From: Lepidodermella squamata
Lineage: Eukaryota > Animalia > Gastrotricha
Reading direction: 5' to 3'
Length of the DNA: 64,000 nt
NCBI GenBank assembly: GCA_047495785.1
Contig: JBLDXI010000003.1
Location: 186,001-250,000 of the forward strand
In this document: piece by piece, positions 26,800-39,462 of the stretch
Numbering within the stretch: position 1 is the stretch's first letter
Layout: each line of letters opens with the position of its first letter
The notes under the pieces: model-generated
Seen by the model: only the letters and a program-made list of their open reading frames with translations
What the model was told of the DNA's origin: nothing
Database searches by the model: none
Made by a program: the position numbers and the translations under genes

Positions 26800-27090
26800 G
26801 TCAAATCAAATGCGCACGCTGATTGGTCAATCGATCGTTGCTATGACTCCCGGATGAAACTTGTTGGTCGTGCGATCCGTAAGATTTTTTGCAACAAGTG
26901 TTTTTTACCGCAGCAATTTACTACCATTAATATGGAGTTTACGCTCGCGGTCAATGGAAACGACGCAGAAACGGGTGTGGCAAGGTCATTTTTTGCATAA
27001 ATATAAAATAATTTATTAGTGGATGGCACGACTAAATTGTTTCATTCCGGAGTCATTAGCAACGACAAATCAGCGTGCGCAAGTTCAACT
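26800..27090. mobile_element. MITE-like inverted repeat
   Basis: TGCGCACGCTGATT..TCGTTGCTATGACTCCCGGATGAAAC versus its imperfect reverse complement at ~27020-27082; absent downstream of paralog F. Confidence 0.55.
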
Positions 27091-28099
27091 TACCAGCGGT
27101 TCCACAATGTTAGTGTGAAGGGATGTGAAGACGCTTTTAGATGCATCTCTTTTCTGATATCTGATACTTTGAATTGACTGTTGTTGATGTGAGTATCTTT
27201 CATTTTGGAATACTTATTGGTAACCTACCACGGGGTGACAGTCTGTCACCTGGGTGTTGCAAACCGCTAGTTGACCACTTTTATTTGATTTAGCCCCCTT
27301 GATTTACTGCTGAGAGCATTCAAAACTCGCGAATTCCCCCTGTAACTAAACATGAAAACCCCCATTTGCCTCGACATCATCTGTTGTTCAAAGTCTGTAT
27401 CATTTCAACCACTCTTTCTCACAACACAAACCTTAAAATGTGACAGAATCCTCAAAAATGGTTCCGGTTTGATTCGATTTCGATCGTTCTGATGATTTGA
27501 TTTGATTGATTAACCATGGACTGTTGGGATTTGAAATGACTGATATACAAAGAGCTGTGATTTACTAAAGAAATCTAATCTAATCTCATCAAAGTCACTC
27601 ATTACGGTGCCGGTACGGCCGGTCATCTACGGGGCCGTAGGGAATCTCTATAGCATGTAAAATCGCTCTGACTCTAAATTTACGATATCTAATAAAATCA
27701 GGGAGTCGCAGTTGCGTTGATTTCAGTGGGTGGCAAGAGGTGATGATGTGAACAATGATAAAAAGTAGGTAATTGTCGCAGATAGCAGTCTCGCTATCAT
27801 AAATGCTTTAAAGTCTGTCAAATCAGGAAAAAATGTATTCAAACCACACGAAGGTCCAAATTAATCAGGCGGAGCCGAGATTAACGAATTCTCCAATCTA
27901 TACATACTGCCCCGTCTGAAGGTTTGTGAAAATCCTATGACGGTTTCGAAGTTTTGAAAATCTTGTTTCTGCGTCAGTTCACAATATATTAAACAGAAAT
28001 TAGGAATTAATTATATTTGAAATGCAATGGTTAAAACTGATGCCTTTGTTACCTGGTAATTTCATATAACCGCATTCATAATTTTTGGAGCCAATTTAA

Positions 28100-30004
28100 A
28101 TTGTTACACGACCAAGCACAGGTAGACATTGATACCCAGCAAAGCTTCGAATGCCACCAAAAAGGCGAAAATATCGTCTAGTCGAATGAAGGAGATCCCG
28201 TGACCAACAACAATAATTATTATCGAAAATAGCGAATCGTAGTCGGAGATAGCAGCTAGAGTGTATTTCGGCGCACTGCGACGGCCGCGACATTTTGTGA
28301 CTCTCTATATTCCACGAGCGCACTGTCACGCGCGACAGTCGCACCCAAATGTGCCACGGTCACAGCCTCGCGCCCGTGTCGCACTTTTCGCTGTGACTGC
28401 GCATTTTAGGCGAGCGTCGCAGGTGTGCGCGCAGCAGGCCATCCGTGGCCAAGTGCCCGATTTCCGCGACAGAACTGGAAAAACGCTGCCCAGCGTGGCA
28501 TATCAGACAGCTGCCAAAGCCCGACTACCGGAACTTCGAAGTAGTACTGAAATCATTCATTTTTCATTTTAGTTTTAATAAAAGCATGTGGAATTACAGA
28601 TGCTCCATAAGATTTCGAAGTTCCAGCTTTGTTAATGAGCGTGAGACTTTTCGCAGCAGAAACGGTAACTGGAAACGTAGTCCAGTTGTATTCCAACCAT
28701 CACTGAACAATGGTTTCACTGAAAAACGACGGAAAATATCGTCTTCAATTCGCTCTCATAATCTATGGCCGCGATTGACTTGAGACGGTCCGTCTTATTT
28801 GCCCATCAAAACTTCTACTTACATTCTTTACACGAGAGCTTCTCCAGCAGCTCCGTTGAGACCGTGGAATATGGGTGCCCGAACGCCAAACGTTAAAACT
28901 GTAACCCAATAGAGGCAAGGGTACCTATCCTTATTACTGTTGCACAGCTTGCACCAGAACTAGGAGCAGCCGCCATCAACTTCGATTTCGGAAAGAATAG
29001 GATTAAAAATGATAACATATAGAAAGCCACTAACTGCGATGACGTCGAACACGCTTTGGTAGATCATTCGAAATTTGGCGATTCCTGACGATGGCATGGC
29101 GCAACCGGAGTCAAATGAATACGTGGTCAATGAGACGTTGAAAGGCGGCGCTGTCGGAGTGCCATCACCCATGTAAGCCCTTCAGGTAATCACCATTTTG
29201 CCGCCAGATTCCAACTAGAGGAAAGTTATTAAACCATATCCGAAATAGGCGAAAACGTCGTAGTAAGGCTTTCCCGGGGATGAAACATCTATAGAGCGAA
29301 ATAGCTAAGAATAGTTTTCTATCATCAATGGGAAGCTTACTTGGGAGCATTCGAGATGATGTAAGAGCAAATCCGAACCACGAATCAGACGAGCCATTAG
29401 TGTTGTAGCGGAGCTCAACGTCGTACTCAAGTCGCCAATTCACCAAAATGCGACCGGAGGAACCAACTTTCTGTTAACAGTTTGGTCAAAGGTCAAACTT
29501 AAGTTATCTTCTGTTTCTCTTTTGATTTCCCCATTTCGAACAGGCAAACTGCCTTTGATAAAGAATTAGACTAACAAAATGGGTTCCATAGATGCCAATT
29601 CGATTCTTAAATATCCTTTATCCTTTTTACTCATGCTATTTCCAACAATCAACAGAAAAGAACTACTCCCTTTCCTATTTCTTTATCTCGGCGCCATTAT
29701 GAATTTAGTAAATTACCTGACCCTGAAGAACTGCGAAAGATTCATTTGACGATGAGTTAGCCGCTGCCATGGAGTTGAGCTGGTAGCCGTTCGCAACCTT
29801 TGCAGCTGCGTAATGCGTCGTGAAAGTACCATTGCTGTTCACCAGTGCATTTTCGCCGTCAAACGAACTCTGCGGCACGAATACGGTTGGTCCTTTGAAA
29901 CCAATCGGTAAAGGCAGCGAGCTTATATCCGGCTATGGATCGTAACCCGCTGAGACTGCCACAACCAAGGCAGTTCCGAATAGATAAAGTCTTCCTTGGA
30001 GCAA
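28100..30004 (-). pseudogene. Paralog E: disrupted chimeric pseudogene
   Basis: 5' exons resemble copy C, but ATG is changed to TTG, there is a frameshift/stop (CAG TTT TAA, ~28895) and a deletion in exon 5. The middle is replaced by ~280 bp of unrelated DNA. An M4/3' flank remnant at ~27990-28260 resembles copy G. Confidence 0.85.
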
Positions 30005-31328
30005 AATGATTTATTCAGAATTTTCGGTGCGGAACGGCCTTAAAAATCAGACGATATCCGCATTTTCACTCGAAAATTTCGAAATTTGAACGTTTTGTGA
30101 ATAGTTTTCTTGGTAAGCTGAAAATTCATTTCTAGTGCAAAATTTCACGGCCTTTCCGGCGGTGAAAGCCGCGAGTCTCTATCTATCACCGTTTGTTGCT
30201 TATAAGCCGCGCGGTATAATGTGAGATAAAAATTAACCCGATAAATTGTGAAAAGTTTTTACGAAATTAATACCGCGCGCGATGATGTTAGAGGCTTACT
30301 TTCGAATATCGTGTCGGTTTTAATACCAAAAAATAATTCAGGCAATTTTCTATCGTTTGGATATTGTGTTCTCGCGTGAAGAAATTGAGGGAAAATTTTT
30401 TACGCGCACCCTAAATATTCCACACCGATTGAAAGAAAGTGCGCGCACTTGCTTCTCGAAATCGAAGATACATGTAAAACATTTTTCCTTCAATTTTGTT
30501 CACGCGAGAAACTATATCTATTCGATAGAGAATCATCTGTATTATTTTTGGGTATAAAAACCGCCGGAATTATAACAAGTAGTCCTTTGACATTCGTGCG
30601 CGCGGCCTTGAATTTTATAAAAATTTCGACTTAGCGCTCGCGCACAAGTCCACTTTGCCCTCTGATTGGGCAGCCGACGCTTGGGGCCTGCTCGAATATT
30701 TAAGGGGTCAAATATTAACTAGGTCGTTATTATTATTTGCTTATCATCCAGGTGCGCAAATTATCGCGTGCGCGGGTGAGATTTACGTGCAACCACGAGC
30801 GGCTGGTTGATCGCGTAGCTCCCTTCAACCGCAACTCCGACCGCAGCAACAAGGGCGTTGCGGCGTGACAGCTATTATCTTGGCGTGTCATCGGAGCACT
30901 TGGGACACGCTGAGGGATAGCTCATTGTCAATTATAATGGCCAGAAATATGTTTATAAACACAGTTGTCGCAGGTAAATTTATCATTTGCTCTCGATTCA
31001 GTACTCCTCAATATCAACTTGTTGTACACTATAGTGAAAACTACCGCCACTCATCGCCCGTCGTCGCCTCTGCCTATTTCCGACTATCAACACGCCATCG
31101 TCGGCTGGTTATTGTTGGCTTTTAAAATTATTAATTATTATTAAATTTATTTTTATTAAATTTATTAAAATTATTAAAATTAAATTAAATTAATAAATTA
31201 AAATTAATTTAATTAATTTAATTAAATTATTATTATAATTCTCAAATTTGTTTCGATTTTCCAATTATTATCGACATTGAACAACGCTTTTATTCGCCGG
31301 TTATAATTAAATCTTTCTTGCTTTCTAG

Positions 31329-31808
31329 ATAATATGCTAACATCAACCGGCCGTCGTCAACCGGCAATTTTTAGCGGCGTTGACTACGCCAACTGCCGGG
31401 CTCGCACCCTAGGATCGAATAAATGGGCCATCTTCACTTGTCGCGGAGTCTTTGGCGACGACCGCTTGGCGAACAGCCTTGTCGAGCCAACCAGGCCTGA
31501 GAAATCAAACCGCACGGCAATAGACGACTCAAATGCTCACGAAGAGCTCGAATTTTTTCGAAGTACGTTTTGTTGCACATTTTTGTCGTCTTTTACTGAG
31601 CTCATCTTTTTTAACAGATACTTTTCGTTTGCTTTTCGGCGACGAAATTCAGCGATTTGACCGCGCCCGTGCTGCGGTGAACCAGTGGGGCAACGACCAG
31701 CGCCGCCGCCGTGCAAAGCGCGCTGATGCAGCAGCTGTTATCGACGCCGCTGAACCGGCTGCTGGCTTTGTTGCGGCCGCTTTTCGAGACAACCAGAATT
31801 TTTTATGA
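31329..31808 (+). CDS. Partial gene, possible BEN-domain protein
   Basis: Exons ~31329-31562 and 31618-31808 join by a phase-1 GT-AG intron: KWAIFTCRGVFGDDRLANSLV...IDD...FFRNTFRLLF...ARAAVNQWGNDQRRR. The pattern recalls BEN domains; 5' end unresolved. Confidence 0.4.
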
Positions 31809-32029
31809 AAATATTAATGTCGTGCTTGGCGGAACGCGTGTTTTATATCGTGCTTTTTATACCGAAAAGCAATTTTTTCCTGAATAAAATTGACAACTCT
31901 GACATTCTCGTCGTGTTTTATACCTGTGGGTGCGTACATTCGGGTGCGGTTTCCGTGGGCGCCAGTAAAAATTTCGGGCCAAGATTTGGAAAGATGAGAA
32001 CAAGAATGATTCAACAATATGAAAGATTC

Positions 32030-32180
32030 TTCAAATCATCTTTGGAAGATCTTTCAATAACAATATAAAGATCTTGAATAATTATCTGCTAAGATCTTTG
32101 AACCCAAATCTTTGCAAATCTGTGCAAGATCGTGCACGGATCTTTGATGGATCTTGGCAAGTTCAGCTAAGATCTTCGTC
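32030..32180. repeat. Degenerate AAGATCTT repeats
   Basis: About a dozen GATCTT-like units; possibly subterminal repeats of a transposon. Confidence 0.5.
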
Positions 32181-32252
32181 CGAGCAACTGGTGACGTGAT
32201 TGAAATCGGCCGATAATTATTAGTGGTTTCAAATGATTTACCTTAACCTAAC

Positions 32253-32604
32253 CATGAGACGTACTATAGGACGCCGCGGTTTCGAAGTTCCTATTACATG
32301 ACTCCACGGCTGCCATCCGCGGTGATTTGTTTTTTTTTCCGGCAATTTCGAAATCAGAAAAAAATTGCCAAGTGTCAATAATTAAAAACTGCTGAGAATT
32401 CATTTACAGCAAAAGATCGGCGATATGTTTTGATTGTAAAGATGTGTTGATCTCGTTTATCTTAAGCAAAAAAAGAGGCTTGAAGATGATTGCAAATAAT
32501 GTAATGTGATGATTCATCGGTCGACTTGGACTTCGGACCTCATTGAAAATATCACGCTTTTTCTGATTTTCTGGAAGCCGCGGCGTCCTATAGTACTTCT
32601 CACG
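32253..32604. mobile_element. MITE with ~34-bp TIRs
   Basis: CATGAGACGTACTATAGGACGCCGCGGTTTC ... GAAGCCGCGGCGTCCTATAGTACTTCTCACG; pieces of the same family at ~18860, ~19290 and 22190-22345. Confidence 0.7.
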
Positions 32605-33005
32605 CATCTAACGTGTCATTCTTCCTCTCATTTCCGTGAAATTCCGTTTAATTGCGAGCGGATGACGGCTTTTTTAAAAATTGGCGAACGAATGTTGCCA
32701 CGATTGACGAGAAACGCCTCAACCCGTCCTAGAAACGTATTCAAAAAGTAGAAAAATACGTGACGATGACAGAGAAACTAGCTGTAAATCGTAAAAGCTG
32801 TGAGCGACGGTTTACATCTATTTTTTTCTGTCATCGTCACGTATTTTTCTTAAATTGGCGAGCCCTATCGGCCCCGTAGTTTTTATAGCAAATTTTCGTG
32901 TATCTGATTCAGCGGGTAGCCGTTGCTGTTTATTATAAAAAGCTCGCGGCTTAACGGCAGCAAGTTTACCTCTTTTATTCTCATTAAATATTTCCTAGCA
33001 TTGAA

Positions 33006-34143
33006 ATGCAACTGAACAAGATTACTTCACCAACACTCTTGCTCGTGCTGAGTGTTGGCTGGACTCTGACAATTCCGAAAGGTGAGTTCTTCTCGTTGTC
33101 CTCCTTTCCCGAGAAAAATGAAAACTTTGCTCGCAGTGCAATGCAGTTGTGATTACGACGATTACGGCTGTGTACCAGCGCAACCTCCAAGGCCTCCCGC
33201 TCCGGCGGCAACACCTCCTCCTAGCCCTTGCGCGGCACAGCTATTCGGCGCAGATGGTCAACAAATCCTTCGCACAGTTTTCATCAACGAAAAGGCGGAG
33301 ATGCCGCAATTAATTGCCAAGTGCCTGGACAGCAGAAACAACCTGGTGAGTACAAACTGGCAACTCACTGTGTCGCCGACTCGGGATTGCAACACCATCG
33401 TCTGGACAGGAGAGTGGACTGGACCGGCTGGACACAGACAGAAGGTGTACAGGGAGGGATGCCCGACCTTGACCAAGACGTCGTCGGGCGGCATTTGGTT
33501 CATCCACACAGCTCTGTCGGGAGCTGACATTCGAGGCGGCGATGCAGTTCTGTCCTACTCGTCCGGCGGCACCATGACGCGAGTTGTTTCCTTCACGATC
33601 CTGGCCGTCAATCCACCGACCGCCGATGTCAGAGCGGAAATCGTTCGCCTCGCTGGTCCTAGGCTGTGGTACGCTCAATACCTTGCCGAGCACGAAAGCG
33701 GCCTGCAGCAGGTGAGAATTAACTACTGCCCAAAAGTGTCGTATGACAAGGGCTTCGGTGTTGGCCAATTGACGAACCCACCGCCAACGTGCGCCCAGAT
33801 ATGGAGCTGGAAAGAGAATGTTGCCCAGCTAGTCGTGATGTTGCGAGGATACGCGTCTTCGGCTGCTTCTTTCATGCGAACTGAACGAGGAAAAGCTGGC
33901 GGGATAGCTGTTCCGAGCCAGATGTCCGGCGGTTGTTATTTCGCAGACGGGACAGACAGAACCATTGAGGACGCTGTGGCTATGAAAATGTACAACGGCA
34001 GGTCGTGCAACAACAACACAGATCCTTTCCGGAAAATTTGCAACTACGTTGATTGGAGCGAGTCGAAGCAAAAGTGGGATTTTCATCCGACTAATATTCT
34101 TAAATTCGACTACGTCGGCAGAGTCTGCGCCTTGGTTGGCTAA
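33006..34143 (+). CDS. Secreted lysozyme-like/lytic transglycosylase-like protein, 360 aa, 2 exons
   Basis: Exon 33006-33081 (signal peptide MQLNKITSPTLLLVLSVGWTL) plus exon 33137-34143, phase-1 GT-AG. Pro-rich linker; motifs AEHES, GFGVGQLT, W..KEN, MYNG. Confidence 0.7.
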
Positions 34144-35382
34144 GGAAACGAATTTGAACATTCGCTCGTAATAATAATTTTTATTATAACTCAAGCAACT
34201 CATCTTCCTAAAAACTTCCTTATAACTCAAACCATTGAATTGGAATATTGGCATTTTCATTTATTTCATCTATAATATTGGGAAAACGTGGATAGGACGT
34301 GTTGAATGACTGTTTTTTTCAAAACCTGAGATCTATTGCTATGGGCCCGCAATCTCTGTTGCTCCCTGGAATGGGCTGAGATTTAGTGCATCAAAACAAT
34401 AAATTTGCAATTTTTATTGATCATACAATCGTCAGCTTTTTATTAATTCATATAAAGTGATGCCTCGCTGGGTGCCGCACCTCCACAGCTTGCAAGGTAG
34501 TCTCAAACGATTTTACATTCGGTTCAGTTAAGTAGTGATTACTCCTTCGTTCAACGATGGCGTTCTCAAGTTCGGCTCGATAGGCTGGTATTGCCTTGTC
34601 AAGTCAACGGAACCGCCCCTGTTTCGCTTTCAAACCCATGACGTAAGAGCTACGATGGACCTGCCATGCAAACGTCGCCGTTGAGATCTTCTCCACCAAA
34701 TTTTTCAAAATTGAAACCTGTTTCGTGCTATCAGCGATTACGGTCGCCAAATTCGGAGGCAGGTGAAAATTCGGATTTCAATAGCTATCGCGTCTATGGA
34801 GATTTCAGAGGTTCAGAGACATCCGAAGATCATCTGAAACGATGTTTTAGCTCACAAATATGTCTCGATACGTCCTAAAAATCTAAAATCCTTGAGTTGT
34901 TATATTTTTCCGGTTTGGAGAGTGCCCAGAATTCGAAATTCCATGATTTAGCGTCGTTAGGCAGCATTTTTTGCCAATCCAGCATTTCACAGTAGACAGT
35001 CTGTATGCTTTTATTTTTGAGAAAAATATCAGAGAACTCCACGCGACTTCTCATCCCCAAGCCAAACAATTCTGGTCTGGGTAGTGAGGTACCTAGCAGC
35101 ATTGCCATTCTTGCGAACGTCACGTACCGAGTGAGTGCGAGTTCAATTTCAGTGCGCCATAAATATTAAACAGACGAACTCATACGATGAAGTCATACAA
35201 AACCAGCACAGAAGGAGCTTTAGAACTGCAAAAATGTATGCCGAACTCAGATTGTTCCTGTCTGAGACGCCATGAGTTCGAAACGACTACCCTTAAAGTT
35301 ACCTGACAATTTATAATTTATCAGCATGATGAATAAAACCGACCGCCGCAGCTTTTTGAGCTGCAGTCAGAAATTTCGCAAC

Positions 35383-38300
35383 ATGCTTCGAGCAAACTCT
35401 CTAATCTTGCTAGCAGCTATGTCCGCATTAGTTTGCGCAGGTTATGATCCCACCCCGGATACTGACCCGTTGCAGCTTCCGATCGGCTTCAAAGGGCCGC
35501 CAGCCTACCGTCCGTATTGTTCATTCGACGGCGAAGATGCTCAGGTCAACAGCAATGCCTCGTTCATAACACACTACTCTGGTCGGAAAGTTGCGAATGG
35601 CTACCAACTCAATTCCATGTCAGCGGCAAACTCCTCACCGAATGAATCTCTCGCGATTCTGGAGGGTCCCGTGAGTTATATGAATTCTAACTTCCCTTTT
35701 ATTCGCGAGAATAATATATGAGCGAAATAACCAAGGTGAATTGTCAACTTTCCTTTTATTAATAGGAAGTTGGATATTACTTGGAAAACTGGCGTTTAGA
35801 GTACGAAGTTGAGCTGCGATACAAAAATAATGGATCATCAAATGCCTGGTTTGGATTTTCATTAACGTCTGAACGCATGAAGCCAAGTAAGCTTCCTAAA
35901 GATTAAAGACCACACACCAAGCCCCTGCTCACAGATTTCTCATCTGTTTCTTCAACGTACTACGACGTTTTCTCAAAATATGGATTCGGTATCGTGGCTT
36001 TCCTCAAGCTGGAACCGAATGGTAAAGCAGTGATCACCTGGAGGAATTCTATGGACACTGGTCCGCCTGTTGCGCCGCCCTTCAATGACACAACAAATCC
36101 GTTTACGTTTGACACAAGCTGTGTCATTTTCTCTACAGGCGTCGCTCAATTTCGCATGATCTACCAAAACGTCTTAGATGCCTTAACAGTTGGTGTTGCC
36201 TTAATAGAATTGATTGTCAAATTGCGATGATTTTCTCAAATCTATTTCAAGGTAGCAGTGGTTCCTAGCTCCGGTGGAGCGGCATGTTCAACTGCTGTGG
36301 TCAAGTTCGCAGGCTTTGGATACCAGATGCTATACGGCGTGATCATGCCTTGTTTCTACGCTATAAATGGTGCCGATGGAGATGCTCTCGTGAAACGCAT
36401 GTAAGTAGTCATTTTTTATAATCTGGGATACTAACCAATCAAAGGTTTGTAAAGGGTAAAAAAGGCTCTTTTCAAATCAGCAAGCTTTGTAGCTATATTC
36501 TCTTTTCGTTAAGGTACCTATGGGGTCTCACTGAAGACTCTCCGGCTCCTCCAGATCATTACACATTAGCCCTACCAGCTAACACTGGAACAACGACTTT
36601 CAGCGGTTCTACAAGCTACGACTACACGGGTGAATACAATTTTACAACCAAGCCTGTGACGTTAACCGCTTCGAAAAACTATGAACTGATCAGCAGCACT
36701 CGCTCACCAAGACAGTTTGATATATCGGTAAGTGTATTCATTCTATCAAGACGTTACATCTCTGAGCTCTGAGTGTATAATTGCAGTATTATTATCATTT
36801 CTTCGCCGACTGGCGCATCGAATTCGATATCGATGTGTCATGTAGCATCAATGGATCTCAAGGTTGGCTTGGCTTGGTTTTCGGCCTGACTAAGATTTAC
36901 CCGAAAAGAAGTGAGAATTTATCGTGACAAGTTCTGTCTTAGCATCTAATTTTAGTAAAAATCGGCAATTCATCTGATTTCAATGGCATCAGTGACCTTA
37001 TTGGGCTGGGAATCTGGCAGAATTTGATGCCGAACAGAGGCGAATTTTACATCGGCTATTACCCGAACAAAACTGACAATGTCACAATGCCGCCCCCTGG
37101 GACGGTATCTTCATCCCTGGGCTGTGGTGATACCGCATTTTTCGATGCATCTGGGAATGCACGTTTCCGCATCGTAGTGCAGCATGTCAACGATTCTGTG
37201 AACGTTTCCTTGGCTAAACTACCAGCGAATGGAGCCATGGCTTCTTACGACTGCTTCAAGAACTTCCCCGTGCCAGGATTTAAAGACTATGTCTATCAAA
37301 AGTCCATGCTATACTCGATTTTCGGATTGGGTAGTCCTAATTATGTCGCCTATCGAAAAGCGTATTATTGTCCCAGTAGAAAATTACTTATAATTTAATC
37401 AACTTCTTCCAGAATGGTTTGGCGGTTGACTGAAGGGCCGGCGCCCCCCTATTATTCAAGGTCAACAACACCTCTTACATCTACAAAACCCCCCGATCTT
37501 CAAACTTCTACGTTGTCTAACTCAGAGTTATTTCAAGATGATCTCGGGGTAACTGGCACAAGTAAAGCTCCGATTCCTGACCCTATGGATGGAAATTACG
37601 AACCAGCTGTCAATTATAAAGACCTAGAGGCGTGTCCGTACCTTAACAGTGAACGGAGATCCCCTCAGGTGAACACGTCAATATATCTAACATTCTCCGC
37701 AGAGAGGTTGGTATCACTTGACCAAGTTGAGAGTGAGATTTCTCTATGGGGATCATTGCTAGTTCAATGGCCCATTATGTCATGCTCCGCTGAATACACC
37801 GCTCCAAGTGCTGATGTCACTGAGCGAGTGATTCCGGTTAGCAGCTCGAACTTTTGGCGGCCGAAAATTACATTGCCGAATTCTACGACCGATGTTTACC
37901 TGAGCAACTTCGGGGAAAAAGCTCAAATCATGTACTATCCAACAACACCGAACCGAACTCTGTTTTTCCACTGGGATCGCGTTGGAACCTTCTCCTCAGC
38001 CTGCAAGATGGATCTATCGAAATTCCCGTTTGACTCTCAAACTTGCGAGTTCACTTTCTTGCTTGACGAGCCGGCAACATTTGAAGCTATAGCTGGCGTC
38101 TATGTCAGGTCATACGATTCACTTTCAAATGGCATGTGGACCCTGATGCATTCTCGGACGATGCGTGGAACTTGCGCATCTCCGAGTCGAATAGGAGCAC
38201 CCGTTTCCTATGGCAAAATCGCCCTGACATACAAACGCGATCCAACTTATTTCATCGTCAACTTGATGATTCCTTGTTATCTTCTCATTTTCGTTGCTTT

Positions 38301-38655
38301 CGGTTCTTTCCTTATGGAGCCTAATGTTCCAGACCGGCCTGTTCTCTCATCAACTGCCATGCTAGCACTGGTCGTAGCTCAGTCTGATGTCCTGAGCAGT
38401 GTCTCTCAGAATTATAAACAGCTCTTGTACACGAACTACGTTCTGATGTTATCCGCCCTTGTATCGGCCATCACCGTCTACGAGATTATAATGACGAATC
38501 TAACTGCTGATGAGCAAAATAAGCTCATCTCGTCGAAGCTGACAATAGTGAAAGGGCGGAGGATCTCTTTCATCCGACTTGTTGACATGATCGCGTTTTT
38601 GCTGGCTTTCGCAGCCCTGCTTGGAATTAATATCTACCTGTTCATGGCGATATGA
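35383..38655 (+). CDS. Lectin-like-domain Cys-loop channel paralog F (recent duplicate of D)
   Basis: Same 8-exon structure as D, open throughout; upstream 34550-35135 matches 22460-23110. Confidence 0.92.
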
Positions 38656-39462
38656 TGGCAGCTCGTTTTCAAGATAGCCGTTATTATTGCTGTTTTAATG
38701 TGAAGTATTCGTTTGAAGTAATGTGATCACGCTTTCAGATTATTTCGTTTTTCTGATATCTTATTATGTTTATTGACTGTTGTTTTCATGAGACGTGACC
38801 TTAGTAAACATGTTCGTAATGTCTGCTGCGGCTCTTAACACACCAGTGTGGGTGCGAGTCAAAATGCGTAATATACACTTAACTATGAAGTTGAGAGTGT
38901 AATACTGAAGTTGAGAATCAGTCAATTTTTTTGGCTGATTTTCTCAACTTCAGTGTTACAATTCTCAAATACAGGGGTATATTACTATGTGGTGAGTTTA
39001 TAAGCTCAGGGCTATTCAACAAACTCGGACGATGCTATTTTGCAGCCCGGATCGCTGTATCAGCTGAATCAGCTGAAAAGTTACCGATTTTACCATGGCT
39101 GGAAAATTTTGGGCTTCCCCAAAAAAATAGGCAGTTCCTAAATATCTTAATTTCGCAGCATTTTCCTGCGAGCTCTCAAAACAATGAATTTAATTATTTC
39201 TCGTTGATTCGCTTGAAATGCCATTTCGACATTATAAGATCATATGACAACGATTTATTATGGAAAATACATTTGCGTGGGTAGTAAATTCAAATTTATC
39301 CGTTAGCTCAAGATATATCACTGTGAATATCACTAAACAAAATTAAGGAATTAATTATAGTTCAAAACGCGACTGTTGTGATCGATACCTTTGTTATCTT
39401 TCAATGCTTGCTCGGTCATTGCATGTAACCGCATCCATAATTGTTTAAGCCAATTTAAATTA

